A stretch of 64,000 nucleotides of DNA from Eledone cirrhosa (Eukaryota): NCBI GenBank assembly GCA_964016885.1, contig OZ024763.1, positions 4,030,001 to 4,094,000 of the forward strand, written 5' to 3'. The stretch's first letter is position 1. The number at the start of each line of letters is the position of its first letter. The notes under the pieces were generated by a model that was not told the DNA's origin, did not search any database, and saw nothing but the letters and a program-made list of their open reading frames with translations. A program made the translations under genes and the position numbers. Shown here piece after piece: positions 11,896 through 25,410 of the stretch.

Positions 11896-14800
11896 GTATA
11901 CATATACATATATATATAAATAAAAGATTGGAGACCATATTCAGTTGATTCGGGTTTATTTAAAACACCGACATACTATAATATGGTCCACACATCTCTG
12001 TTCTGTTAACCCCATACTCTAATATATATATATATATAATTTATACAAACACACACACACAGGCATGCTCACAGAACATACAAACACACACACACAGGCA
12101 TGCTCACAAAACATACAAACACACACACACAGGCATGCTCACAAAACATACAAACACACACACACAGGCATGCTCACAAAACATACAAACACACACACAC
12201 ATAGGCATGCTCACAAAACATACAAACACACACACAGGCATGCTCACAAAACATACAAACACACACACACAGGCATGCTCACAAAACATACAAACACACA
12301 CACACAGGCATGCTCACAAAACATACAAACACACACACACAGGCATGCTCACAAAACATACAAACACACACACACAGGCAGGCTCACAAAACATACAAAC
12401 ACACACACACAGGCATGCTCACAAAACATACAAACACACACACACAGGCATGCTCACAAAACATACAAACACACACACACAGGCATGCTCACAAAACATA
12501 CAAACACACACAGGCATGCTCACAAAACATACAAACACACACACAGGCATGCTCACAAAACATACAAACACACACACACAGGCATGCTCACAAAACATAC
12601 AAACACAGGCATGCTCACAAAACATACAAACACACACACACAGGCATGCTCACAAAACATACAAACACACACACACAGACATGCTCACAAAACATACAAA
12701 CACACACACACAGGCATGCTCACAAAACATACAAACACACACACACAGACATGCTCACAAAACATACAAACACACACACACAGGCATGCTCACAAAACAT
12801 ACAAACACACACAGGCATGCTCACAAAACATACAAATACACACACACAGGCATGCTCACAAAACATACAAACACACACAGGCATGCTCACAAAACATACA
12901 AACACACACACACAGGCATGCTCACAAAACATACACACACACACACACAGGCATGCTCACAAAACATACAAACACACACACACAGGCATGCTCACAAAAC
13001 ATACAAACACACAGGCATGCTCACAAAACATACAAACACACAGGCATGCTCACAAAACATACAAACACACACACACACACACAGGCATGCTCACAAAACA
13101 TACAAACACACACACACACACAGGCATGCTCACAAAACATACAAACACAGGCATGCTCACAAAACATACAAACACACACACACACACACAGGCATGCTCA
13201 CAAAACATACAAACACACACACACACACAGGCATGCTCACAAAACATACAAACACACACACACAGGCATGCTCACAAAACATACAAACACACACACACAG
13301 GCATGCTCACAAAACATACAAACACAGGCATGCTCACAAAACATACAAACACACACACACACACACAGGCATGCTCACAAAACATACAAACACACACACA
13401 CACACAGGCATGCTCACAAAACATACAAACACACACACACAGGCATGCTCACAAAACATACAAACACACACACACAGGCATGCTCACAAAACATACAAAC
13501 ACACAGGCATGCTCACAAAACATACAAACACACAGGCATGCTCACAAAACATACAAACACACACACAGGCATGCTCACAAAACATACAAACACACACACA
13601 CAGGCATGCTCACAAAACATACAAACACACACACACAGGCATGCTCACAAAACATACAAACACACACACACAGGCATGCTCACAAAACATACAAACACAC
13701 ACAAAACAAAGATATACACATACCTGTACATCCACTATAATATTTCCTAGATCTGCCTTATATTTCTATATCTCCTGTTTTGTAGTCCTGTTGATATTAT
13801 TTATTGGAAGGAAAAGTAAAAAACAAGGAATAGTCTTAGCTGGAATATGTGATGCCGGAAAGACTCTGATTTTTACTCAGGTAAACCACTTTTTTTGTTT
13901 TGTTATTGTTTCTTCTGAATATTCCTTTTAATTCTACTAAGACTTAGCATAGCCCACTTTTGAATGGGTGGAATGAGTAATATTCAGTAAACTGTAACTA
14001 ATCTATGTTTGTGGATTATATATATCATCATCATAGTTTAACCCTTTAGCATTTAAACCAGCCACATCCGGCCAGAATTTTCTCACCCCTTTCTGTTAAA
14101 ACCAGTTGTAACCAGCCACTTATACTGGTGTTAAGGTATTGTTCTCAAAATAAATAATATCAAAATCTCATAGATTCAATATTATGTGAGACAAAGCCTT
14201 TACCATATAAATTCAATAGTATATATAGAGTAATGTAAATGTTAAAGGGTTAATGTCCATTTTTCCATGCTGGCATGGGTTATACATGATAAACGCATCC
14301 AGTACATGGATGCAAAGTGGTTGGTGATAGGAAGGGCATCGAACCATAGAAAGGGTTGGGAGGACCCTTCAGTTGTGTCAGTCAAGGACATGATAACCTC
14401 TCCGGTGCTGATGTCACGATAAAATTCATTCAGTAGAGCGTGAAGTGAGATGTAAACATCCAGGAGGTTAGTATCCCCATTTGAGTACTGACAAGAACAT
14501 GGAGGAGCTACGTCAGTTTTCAGACTGGTAGTCTCTGTCTCCTGTATGGGTGACAGACCTTTGACACTTTTGGCAGGAACAGAGTGAAGGTTCCAGGTGT
14601 TTCAGGACAAATGCATGAGAAAACTCCTTCGTATTTCCTATTTGGAATGTAAAACCAATGAATACGTGCGGAGTAAGGTTTAAAGTTTTGTTGGTCACCA
14701 GGAACCTCTCTTCACGATTGTCAAGAAGAAGAAACTGGAGTGGTTTGGCCATGTCACATGACATGACATGACATGACATGACAGCCTGTGGGAGACCATC

Positions 14801-17800
14801 ATGCAAGGGAATGTTGAAAGTGGATGCAGGAGGGGACCCCAACACAAAAACTGGTTAGACAATGTCAAAGAATGGACGCAAATGACGACACCAGATTTGT
14901 TGACGGCTGCCATTGATAGAGTATTTTGAGTGTGTGCTGCTTCTGCAGTAGGATCTCCCTGAGAACTACAGAAGTGAAGGGGCTGATGATGATTCTATAG
15001 ACTGTTAATTTGCTGTCTATAATAATACAGATTATCTTTCAATTTTCTTTTAATTCTACAGTTGGTTCACAAAGGGTTCAGGGAGACCTACACTTCAATC
15101 AAAAGCAACACAGGATCTTTTACCACCCCTAAAAAGGTAAGCACTATCCTTTCATTCTAACCTCTCACTCAACCTATCTTCTTTCCATCATTATCAACAG
15201 CAACAGCAGTGAGGAAGGGATGCCCCCATATGTTTCAATCACCATTATTTCTGTAACTCTGTGAAGTTATATGTCTCTTCTTATTACAATTCACACCTAA
15301 GTAGATTTACCTAGCCCCCTGTGAAGTAAACTCATATCTCAGGATTTTCAGGTGGTTTAATGAGAGCCCTTCCCAATCCTGTCATGTTCTTATTACTGTT
15401 CACACCAATGTAAGTTTAGCTAGCCTCCTACAAGGTTGTATCTGTTACAAGGTTTTGCAGGTGTTTTCATGATAGGGGGCCACAGCCCTATCATGTTACA
15501 GCTCACACCTATGGAGGTTTAGCTGGTCTCATACAAATTTGTATGTCATAGATTTCTCAGGTGTTTTAATGATAGAGGGCCTCAGTCCTATTGTGTTGTT
15601 ACAACTCACACTTATGTAGTTTTAGCTAGCCTTTGCTGAGGTTACATTTCATAGGAGGTTTCTTGTGTGCTTCAGTGATAGAGGGCCTCGAGTTAATAGG
15701 TTTCTCAAGCATTTTAAGGATAAGGGGCCTCAGTCCTATCGTGTTCTTGTTGCAGCTTACACTTATGTAGGTTTAGCTGGCCTTCTATGAAGTTCTATCT
15801 CATAGAAGGCTTCTTAAGTGTTTTAATAATAGTTGGCTCCCAGTCCTATCGTGAAAAGAGTTTCTCCTAGACAGGACGCCAGTTCATTGTATGGAATTAA
15901 CCCCCAGTTGCTGCAGGTGCTAGTTTTTTTATTCAGCTAACATGACTGAAACAACAGGAAATGAAGTATCTTACTCATGAACATAATGTACCACTCAGTT
16001 CAGGGATTGAACCCATGATTTTTTTATCATGAATCCAACAGCCTTTAACCTCAAACTAGTATAAGCTCAGGCTTGATGAGAAACTGGGCTTGGAACAGAC
16101 TTTACATGAAACTGTATTGGCAAAACATTCTTTAAAAGTACAAAACAACACTATGACTACATCACATTAAATATTAAAGACTGCCAATTTTCATAGCAAT
16201 CTGTCCAGTAGTAAAGATATTATAAATATTTGAATTAACAAACCACATGAAACCACAAAAGCAATCATTGTTGAAAGTACAAAACAAAATGGTTATCATG
16301 TTAAATATTAAAGTCTTAAGTCTGCAAACTTTCACGATGATCTTATTCTCTAGTAAAGATACTATAAATATTTCAATTAACAAACCTGTTTTTGTACATT
16401 TTCTACTAAATCATTACAAGATATGTCATGAATCAGTCTGTGTAAATTTACACGTAGAATGCCAAGTGTTATCTCCAAATTATTTTATGTCTTTCAGAAG
16501 AAAACTGTCCGAATATTTGACCTACCAGGTCGTTACGTACTCAAGCGTTTGAAGAGTATAGCAAAATGGCAAGGTAAGTGGTGGTGGGATGACCAGGATA
16601 AGGTTAACCTATGGCCACTTGTTGGCTTCCAGTCCATGGGGAGATCTTTTCATGATTCAACTGGGTCCCCTATTATTAAAAAACACCCAAGAAATCACCT
16701 ATAAGATACTAGCTAAACATACATAGGTGTAAGCTGTAACAACATGATATGACTGGGGGGCTCTATCATCAAAACCCCACAAAACCTCCTGTGAAATCTA
16801 ACTTCATAGGAAGGTCAACTACGGAAATGTGAACTGTAAAAACGTAATAAGATGTGGGCTCCTCTCATTAAAACACCTGTGTAATTGTGTGGAGCAGGGT
16901 GTTCTACTGTTATTGATATCAACTCAAACTTTGTTGATGGGTCTACCCACATGACCTAGTGGCTACGGCTGGCATCCAGCCATAGCAACCATGCTAAAAT
17001 AGGCCGCGTACGAGCAAAACGTGATTCCCCAACCCATCTTGTCTGGGAAGGGACAACGTGTACAGCCCATGCTAGTATGGAAAATGGGTGTAAAAATGAT
17101 AAACCGTGCTAAAATATGCTATATATGAGCAAGACGTGGTTCCCCAACCTATCTTGTCTGGGAGGGAAGACCTGTAGAACCCATGCTAACATGGCAAGCT
17201 GGTGTCAGACTATGATGATATTTAATGTTTTTCCTCTATTACCAGAGCCATTGTGTTTGTGATTGACAGTACCACATACCAGAAAAGTGTCAAGGATGTT
17301 GCTGAGTGAGTCCTTTTCTCTCTTTTACTAAAAACTTTCTCTTATCCAAAATAATGATTTCTACTATAGACACAAGGCTAGCAATTTGGGGGGTGGGGAA
17401 AGTCGATTAAATCGACCCCAGTGCATAACTGGTACAGGGCTATCACTGATTTCTAACACAATATGTAACAATAGTAAAAGTCAGTGAATTGGCAGAGTCA
17501 TTAGAACGTTGAATAGAAAGCTCTGTGGTATCCATTCAAGCTCTCTCCTCTCGTCCCACTGAGGTCAACTTTGCTTTTCATCCTTCTGAGATTGATAAAA
17601 AAGTACCAGTCCAGTACTGGGGTGGATTCTTCCTTTATATCTCTTTCTCACTTCCTCTCCCTCATTTTCTATCTTTCTCTGGCAGAAATCTGCTGTACTC
17701 AGGCTTGGAGAGGGTTAAGCTCTCAGGCTTAAAATGCCCAGGAAATGCTGTATGCCAATATTGCACCCCTGTGAGCCCCCTCAAGAGTTACACGACCATC

Positions 17801-18675
17801 CCACACCATGTAACAATATCTGTGGTTTATATTTTAACATATATATATATGAATACCTTGATGTACTAAGCCTAAGTAATATTGACTAGTTCACTGATAT
17901 GTAACTCAATATGTAATGATAAATGTTTTATTATGTATTAACAGGTATCTGTATACAATGATGTGTAATGCCCTTTCCTTGAAGATTGTGCCATTCTTGA
18001 TTCTCTGCAACAAACAAGACCAGACTTTTGCTAAAGGTTGCAAAGCTATAAAGTCCACCCTGGAGAAAGAGATGTGAGTAATTTGTTGTTCCTTATTATT
18101 ATCATTGGTGGATTGGCAGAATCAGTAGAGCGTCGGATGCCCCTTTATGGTCTGAGTCCAAATCCCGCCGAGATTAGCTTTGCCTTTCATCTTTACGGGG
18201 TCCATAAAATAAAGTACCAGTAATGCACTGGGGTAATTGCTAGCCTTATACCAAAAGTAGAAACAATCATTATTATTTTTAGGGCAGTGAATTGGCAGTA
18301 TCTTTCATTAGAAATATGGTAATGAAGGGGTTAATGACATAGACAGTGTCTTTCATTAGAAATATGGTGACAAATGGGGTTAATAGATGGACCAAACACT
18401 CCCATTGTGCCTATCTAGATCAGTCAATGTAAAAATAGTCTTGTTTCTTCTCTATTTCCAGCAACATGGTGAGGACGACACAAACAGCTGCCTTAGGGGG
18501 TAGTGATGGTTCCTCTGAAAATAATAACACTTTCCTTGGTAAAAGGAACAAAGATTTTGATTTCTCTGATGTTCATTCACTGAAAATAGAATTTGCTGAA
18601 TGCACAGCTCAGAGTACAGAAGTCGTATCGATGGAGCTGCAGTCACTACTGGATTGGTTAGATAAAATTGTGTGA
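9718..18675 (+). CDS. SRPRB: Signal recognition particle receptor subunit beta; 7 exons (9718-9856, 13786-13880, 15062-15136, 16498-16573, 17246-17305, 17945-18073, 18462-18675); frameshift in exon 4 as assembled
   Basis: Shows an N-terminal TM segment (LGLLVALAVGVISLLLLILFI), P-loop GICDAGKT, TYTSI, DLPG, AIVFVIDS, CNKQD, LEKEINMVRTT, FLGKRNKDFDFS and C-terminal LLDWLDKIV*. All introns are GT-AG. Confidence 0.93.
9937..10285. mobile_element. Degenerate pogo/Tigger-like MITE in SRPRB intron 1
   Basis: Termini ctgtgtttcccctattataaga and tcttttaataggggg; internal aaaataagccc repeats. Confidence 0.5.
10614..10736. repeat. Perfect ~58-bp-arm palindrome
   Basis: Arms 10614-10671 and 10679-10736, loop cgggatc. 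Confidence 0.9.
10948..10990 (-). ncRNA. Degenerate Penelope-type hammerhead motif
   Basis: CUGAAGA-AGGGC-UUAU-GCCG-GAAA-CGUC; core intact but stem I is weak. Confidence 0.5.
12045..13705. repeat. ~35-bp minisatellite with variable (CA)n
   Basis: Unit CAGGCATGCTCACAAAACATACAAA(CA)n in SRPRB intron 1. Confidence 0.95.
13786..13880 (+). CDS. SRPRB: SRPRB exon 2 (P-loop GICDAGKT)
   Basis: Acceptor ttttgtag|, donor gtaaa; G1 motif. Confidence 0.92.
14042..14249. mobile_element. TTAA-targeting (piggyBac-like) MITE
   Basis: TTAA-CCCTTTAGCATTTA ... TAAATGTTAAAGGG-TTAA, inserted into a SINE tail. Confidence 0.75.
14460..14995 (+). mobile_element. Decayed RTE/BovB-type 3' fragment in SRPRB intron 2
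   Basis: ..QEPLFTIVKKKKLEWFGHVT..TIMQGNVE..NWLDNVKEWT.. ending in gatgatgat. Confidence 0.75.
15062..15136 (+). CDS. SRPRB: SRPRB exon 3 (LVHKGFRETYTSIKSN)
   Basis: Acceptor ctacag|, donor gtaag; phase 0/0. Confidence 0.9.
16498..16573 (+). CDS. SRPRB: SRPRB exon 4 (KKTVRIFDLPG / LRTQAFEEYSKMAR, frameshifted)
   Basis: Acceptor ctttcag|, donor gtaagt. The length of 76 nt is incompatible with phase 0 in and phase 2 out. Confidence 0.88.
17246..17305 (+). CDS. SRPRB: SRPRB exon 5 (AIVFVIDSTTYQKSVKDVAE)
   Basis: Acceptor taccag|, donor gtgagt; conserved SRbeta segment. Confidence 0.92.
17945..18073 (+). CDS. SRPRB: SRPRB exon 6 (NKQD G4 motif)
   Basis: Acceptor aacag|, donor gtgagt; translates YLYTMM..LILCNKQD..LEKEI. 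Confidence 0.92.
18462..18675 (+). CDS. SRPRB: SRPRB exon 7 (terminal)
   Basis: Acceptor tttccag|; translates NMVRTT..FLGKRNKDFDFS..EFAEC..DWLDKIV*. Confidence 0.92.
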
Positions 18676-19408
18676 GTGGCTGCAGTCTTAATAAAACTGT
18701 GTGAGATATTGGCGGCAGCAGCAGCAGCAGCAACAACAGCAACAACAACAACAACAGCAGCAACAGGGTGACTTTTTAAGGAAGTATGTGGCATAAAGAC
18801 ACCAACCACAACATGAGAAGTGATAAACTGTCCATTACATGGATATAAATGGCTGAAAACTAAATTGCTTTCTTGATTCCTTCTGAAAAGGAAGATTGAA
18901 TTGTGTGTGTATGTGCATGTGTGTATGCGTGTGTGTGTGCGTGTATGTGTGTGAAAGAGAGAAAAAGATAGAGAGAAGCAGTCTGTTATTAAATGGTAGT
19001 TATTAAATAGATTTGCTTTTGTTTTCAATTGATGTACGTTGAATAAGTTAAATGTGACAACGGGATGAGGTTATTGCCCAACCATGGAAGATTGCAGGAC
19101 ACTGACCACCTGGGGGTACTCCCATGCAAGTGTGGAAAAATCGATGGGTCATCCACGCTGGGAGGCAAGTCTGGCTATGGTTGGCCATGTTGCACCTTGC
19201 CCCAGCGAGGACTGTAAATTTGGCTGGGTATTTTACAACTGGATGCCCTTCCTAACACCAACCATGTTTACAGTATGGGACTGGATAGCTCCGTTATGAG
19301 GAGGGACAGGCCAGTTGCGTGTGCCAAACCCGTTTTGCAACAAAACCATATTTTCGGAGCCCAATGCATCACACTGGGAACCATAGTTTTGGAGCCTGAT
19401 ACGAGGAG

Positions 19409-19439
<31 letters not shown>

Positions 19440-19449
<10 letters not shown>

Positions 19450-20026
19450 TTCCCAGTACAACCTGTCCCATGGTCGGGTTGTTGGCGACTAAACTGGCAA
19501 CCCCACCAAGGTTTCTTGGTGAGGAGGGTGACTTTGGACATCCTGCAGGACTAAAAACAAAACCTGTCAAAGGGCAAAGGAGCTCTTAAGAGTCAATGGC
19601 CATCCAAAATCACCGGGAGAGATGACCCCTTAGCCTTTGTCAAGGCAGAATTCTAGGAGAAGGAAAACTCTGATATAACACCTGCAACGCTGATGGTATC
19701 CAATGATGTTGACTTGTTCTTCTTTTTGGTAAATATCATCTTGGTAAAGAGAGTGGGACTGGCTTTGTGAGCAGTGCCTTTGCTCACTATAAAAGCTTCA
19801 CGGCACAGGCATTGCTTTATATCTGGAGATCTCTCTGCACTTGTCGACACATGGTACCATGGGCCCAGCACTATGTGTCAATAATTGTCACAAGTGTAGT
19901 GTTTGTACCAGAGTTTTCAAGTCGCTGGCTGGACTAAAAAGTCACATTCGTTCAGCGCATCGGTAGGGGTTCTCCTACATGGATATAAAGTAGTGGTCGT
20001 ACTCGAAAACGAGTTGGCAGCCACCA
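19440..20026 (+). mobile_element. ~600-bp non-autonomous RTE-derived (bipartite) element, copy 1
   Basis: Four near-identical copies in the window. The 3' end encodes [22 protein letters not shown] (C2H2) and ends ..gagttggcagccacca. Confidence 0.8.
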
Positions 20027-20289
20027 TGTATGTATATCGTCAATGTCAACACTTTAATGCCCACTTTTCCTGTTAGCAAGGGTTGTACGGGTTTACATAG
20101 ACCAAGTCAGTACTGAAGCGAAGCTACTGATCTCCCAGACATGCCATGGATGTGTGTCTCCATTATGTGTGGTCTCACGTCATTGACATAACAGGTTCTT
20201 CTCAATACTTTGTTTGCCAAGATTTCTATGGCCGGATGCCCTTCCTAACACCAACCACTTTACAGTGTGTACTGGGTGCATTTATCATA

Positions 20290-20707
20290 TAGATCGGCAA
20301 CTGCAGAGGATATGCGACGGCTGGGGAGAAATGAGGCAAGTATGCTCCGTTGGATGTGCAATGTCAATGTGGGTGAACGACGAAGCATGGACGAGTTGAG
20401 AAAGAAACTGGGTATAAGAGGGATAAGTTGTGGTGTGCAGGAGAGAAGGCTGAGATGGTATGGCCATGTGATGTGCATGGAAGATGACCGATGGGTAAAG
20501 AAGTGCCAGTAGAAGGAAGGCGTAGTAGAGGTATACCACGTATATATACATGGGCGGAGGTAGTGAGGGCAGACCTCAGATTGCTGAAACTCACCGAGGA
20601 GATGACGAAGGACCGTGACAAGTGGAGAGATGTTGTGCTGAATAGGACCCGTCCAACCCTTGCAAGCAGGGAAAAGCGGACGTAAAATGATGATGATGAT
20701 GATGATG
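20290..20707 (+). mobile_element. RTE 3' fragment
   Basis: EDMRRLGRNEASMLRWMCNV..RRLRWYGHV followed by a (GAT)n tail. Confidence 0.85.
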
Positions 20708-21230
20708 ACCAACACTAGGGAGGCTGTCATGTCTTTGACACGACTGAAAGATCCTCCCAACCACTTTTATATGGCAATTCTTCCATGGCTGAATGCCCTT
20801 CCCATCACCAACCACTTCACCTGGGGCAGGGCAGCTACTAAGAGTGGAGTTGAAGTAGTGATGTTGAGAAAGATGTTAGGGAGTGCTAGTGGAGGGGGAG
20901 GGATAGATCAGGTTACATTTGTATGCTGCTAGTCTGGTCTTCATATATATATATATATATCATCAGTCGCAGCATCACTTAACATTCACTTTCCCTGCTA
21001 GCAAGGGTTGCATGGGTCTCAGTACTGAAGTGGGGCTACTGACCTCCCAGACAGGCTAAGGGTTATGCATCTCACATATGTTCCATTGAGAGCAAAGGAG
21101 AAGTTGAGTCTTTTACACAAAGTGAAGGCTCCTCCCAAGCCTTTTATGATTGGATGCCCTTCCTAACACCAACCACTTTACAGCATGTACTGGGTGCTTT
21201 TATAGTGTAGATGACCAAACTTTATATATA

Positions 21231-21368
21231 CACGGTGAACCAAAAGTCGAGATACATAGGAAAAATAATTGTTTTTGTTAGGAAAGAACACGTTAAAAAA
21301 TAAATAAATATGGAAACTTAAAAATGTAATTATTTTTCCTATGTATTCTGACTGTTGGTCCCACCCTG
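21231..21368. mobile_element. Tc1/mariner-type MITE (138 bp)
   Basis: Imperfect ~40-bp TIRs (CACGGTGAACCAAAAGTC..ATACATAGGAAAAATAATT versus CAGGGTGGGACCAACAGTC..ATACATAGGAAAAATAATT), flanked by TA. Confidence 0.8.
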
Positions 21369-21796
21369 TATATATATATATAGATATATATATATATATA
21401 TACACACACACGGCGACTGTTGGTCCCACCCTGTATATATATAGATATATATATATATATACACACACACGGCGACTGTTGGTCCCACCCTGTATATATA
21501 TAGATATATATATATATATACACACACACGGCGACTGTTGGTCCACCCTGTATATATATAGATAGATATATATATATATATATACACACACACGGTGACT
21601 GTTGGTCCACCCTGTATATAGATAGATATATATATATATATATATACACACACACGGCGACTGTTGGTCCACCCTGTATATATATATAGATATATATATA
21701 TATATATACACACACGGCGACTGTTGGTCCACCCTAGATATATATAGATAGATATATATATATATATACACACACACGGCGACTGTTGGTCCCACC

Positions 21797-21840
<44 letters not shown>

Positions 21841-21870
21841 GGCGACTGTTGGTCCCACCCTGTATATATA

Positions 21871-21907
<37 letters not shown>

Positions 21908-22499
21908 GGCGACTGTTGGTCCCACCCTGTATATATATAGATAGATATATATATATATATATACACACACACGGCGACTGTTGGTCCACCCTGTATATAT
22001 ATAGATATATATATAGAGATATACACACACACGGCGACTGTTGGTCCACCCTGTATATATATATAGATATATATATATATATATATACACACACACGGCG
22101 ACTGTTGGTCCACCCTGTATATATATAGATAGATATATATATATATATATACACACACACGGCGACTGTTGGTCCCACCCTGTATATATATAGATATATA
22201 TATAGAGATATACACACACACGGCGACTGTTGGTCCACCCTGTATATATATAGATATATATATATATATACACACACACGGCGACTGTTGGTCCACTCTG
22301 TATATATATAGATAGATATATATATATATATATACACACACACGGCGACTGTTGGTCCACCCTGTATATAGATAGATATATATATATATATATATACACA
22401 CACACGGCGACTGTTGGTCCACCCTGTATATATATAGATATATATATATATATACACACACACGGCGACTGTTGGTCCACCCTAGATATATATAGATAG

Positions 22500-22531
<32 letters not shown>

Positions 22532-24168
22532 GGTGACTGTTGGTCCACCCTGTATATATGTAGATATATATATATATATACACACACACGGCGACTGTTG
22601 GTCCACCCTGTATATATATAGATAGATATATATATATATATATACACACACACGGCGACTGTTGGTCCACCCTGTATATATATATAGATAGATATATATA
22701 TATATACACACACACGGCGACTGTTGGTCCACCCTGTATATATATAGATATATATATATATATACACACACACGGCGACTGTTGGTCCACCCTGTATATA
22801 TATAGATATATATATATATATACACACACACGGCGACTGTTGGTCCACCCTGTATATATATAGATATATATATATATATACACACACACGGCGACTGTTG
22901 GTCCACCCTGTATATATATAGATATATATATATATATACACACACACGGCGACTGTTGGTCCACCCTGTATATATATAGATAGATATATATATATATATA
23001 TACACACACACGGCGACTGTTGGTCCACCCTAGATATATATATAGATATATATATATATATACACACACACGGCGACTGTTGGTCCACCCAGTATATATA
23101 GATATATATATATATATAGAGATATACACACACACGGCGACTGTTGGTCCACCCAGTATATATATAGATAGATATATATATATATATATACACACACACG
23201 GCGACTGTTGGTCCACCCTGTATATATATAGATAGATATATATATATAGATATATATATACACACACACACGGCGACTGTTGGTCCACCCTGTATATATA
23301 TAGATAGATATATATATATATACACACACACGGCGACTGTTGGTCCACCCTAGATATATATATAGATATATATATATATATATACACACACACGGCGACT
23401 GTTGGTCCACCCTGTATATATATATATAGATATATATATATATATACACACACACGGCGACTGTTGGTCCACCCAGTATATATAGATATATATATATATA
23501 TACACACACACGGCGACTGTTGGTCCACCCTGTATATATATAGATATATATATATATATACACACACACGGCGACTGTTGGTCCACCCTGTATATATGTA
23601 GATATATAGATAGATATACACACACACGGTGACTGTTGGTCCACCCTGTATATATATAGATAGATATATATATATATATATACACACACACGGCGACTGT
23701 TGGTCCACCCTGTATATATATAGATAGATATATATATATATATATACACACACACGGCGACTGTTGGTCCACCCTGTATATATATAGATAGATATATATA
23801 TATATATATACACACACACGGCGACTGTTGGTCCACCCTGTATATATATAGATAGATATATATATATATATATACACACACACGGCGACTGTTGGTCCAC
23901 CCTGTATATATATAGATAGATATATATATATATATATACACACACACGGTGACTGTTGGTCCACCCTGTATATATATAGATAGATATATATATATATATA
24001 TACACACACACGGTGACTGTTGGTCCACCCTGTATATATATAGATAGATATATATATATATACACACACACGGCGACTGTTGGTCCACCCTGTATATATA
24101 TAGATAGATATATATATATATATATACACACACACGGCGACTGTTGGTCCACCCTGTATATATATAGA

Positions 24169-24205
<37 letters not shown>

Positions 24206-24435
24206 CGACTGTTGGTCCACCCTGTATATAGATAGATAGATATATATATATATATATACACACACACACGGTGACTGTTGGTCCACCCTGTATATATATA
24301 GATATATATATATACACACACACACGGCGACTGTTGGTCCACCCTGTATATATGTAGATATATATATATATATACACACACACGGCGACTGTTGGTCCAC
24401 CCTGTATATATATATAGATATATATATATACACAC
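21345..24435. repeat. ~59-bp minisatellite derived from a MITE terminus plus microsatellite, ~50 units
   Basis: Unit CGGCGACTGTTGGTCCACCCTG-(TA)n-GA-(TA)n-(CA)n. Confidence 0.95.
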
Positions 24436-25044
24436 GTGAAATATGTTTAGATTAAGTGATGCCTGTACATCGAGTTTAACTTTACCTTTCATCCTTCCAG
24501 TGTCAAATAAAATACCAGTTACATACTGGGGTCAATATAATCAACACACTCTTCCCCTTTGCCAATGTTAGAATCATAATATTTATTTCCAGGATTGATA
24601 AGTACCAGTTAAATACTGAGATCAATCAAACTTACTCTCACCCCTAAATATTTGACCTTATGCCATATTAGGAAGAATTATTATTTAATTGAGTTCAAAT
24701 CCCGCCAAGGTTAACTTTGCCTTTCATCCTTACGGGGTCGATAAAATAAACTACCAGTAATACACTGGGTAGTTGCTGGCCTTGTGCCAAAAGTAGAAAC
24801 AATTATTTAATTAGTTCATTCCTTATCTTACCCAGGAGGAAGCCTAACAAGTTCAAAATACCTTGATTAGTACAACTCGTTACTCGTTAGAATGTCAGAT
24901 AAAATGCTTTGTGATATTCTTCCAATCTTTCTATGTTTCGAGTTCAAATCCTGCAGCAGTCAACTTCTCTTTTCATCTTTCCGAGGTCAATAAAAGCAAG
25001 TACCAGCCAGTGCTGGGTCAATTATTCTCTCCTGCCCTCCCTCT

Positions 25045-25410
25045 CTGTCACAACAAAAAGCACCCGGCCCACACTGTAAAGTGGTCATGTAGGTGTCACA
25101 ACAAAAAGCACCCAGCCCACACTGTAAAGTGGTCATGTAAGTGTCACAACAAAAAGCACCCAGTCCACACTGTAAAGTGGTCATGTAAGTGTCACAAAAA
25201 GCACCCGGCCCACACTGTAAAGTGTTCGTGTAAGTGTCACAACAAAAAGCACCCGGCCCACACTGTAAAGTGGTCATGTAAGTGTCACAACAAAAAGCAC
25301 CCAGTCCACACTGTAAAGTGGTCGTGTAAGTGTCACAACAAAAAGCACCCGGCCCACACTGTAAAGTGGTCATGTAGGCACCACTGTAAAAAAGCACCCA
25401 GCACTCACTC
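25045..25410. repeat. 48-bp tandem repeat inside a SINE/RTE tail
   Basis: Unit gtgtcacaacaaaaagcacccggcccacactgtaaagtggtcatgtaa, ~7 copies. Confidence 0.9.

Noticed and set aside
12045-13705. Long His/Thr/Lys-rich ORFs (476-598 aa) and CRISPR-like periodicity
   Set aside because: This is an intronic minisatellite open in all three frames; only 13786-13880 is real coding sequence.
21345-24435. CRISPR-like array (constant ~22-bp repeat with variable spacers)
   Set aside because: The spacers are only (TA)n/(CA)n length variants, the repeat is a MITE end, there are no cas genes, and the context is eukaryotic.
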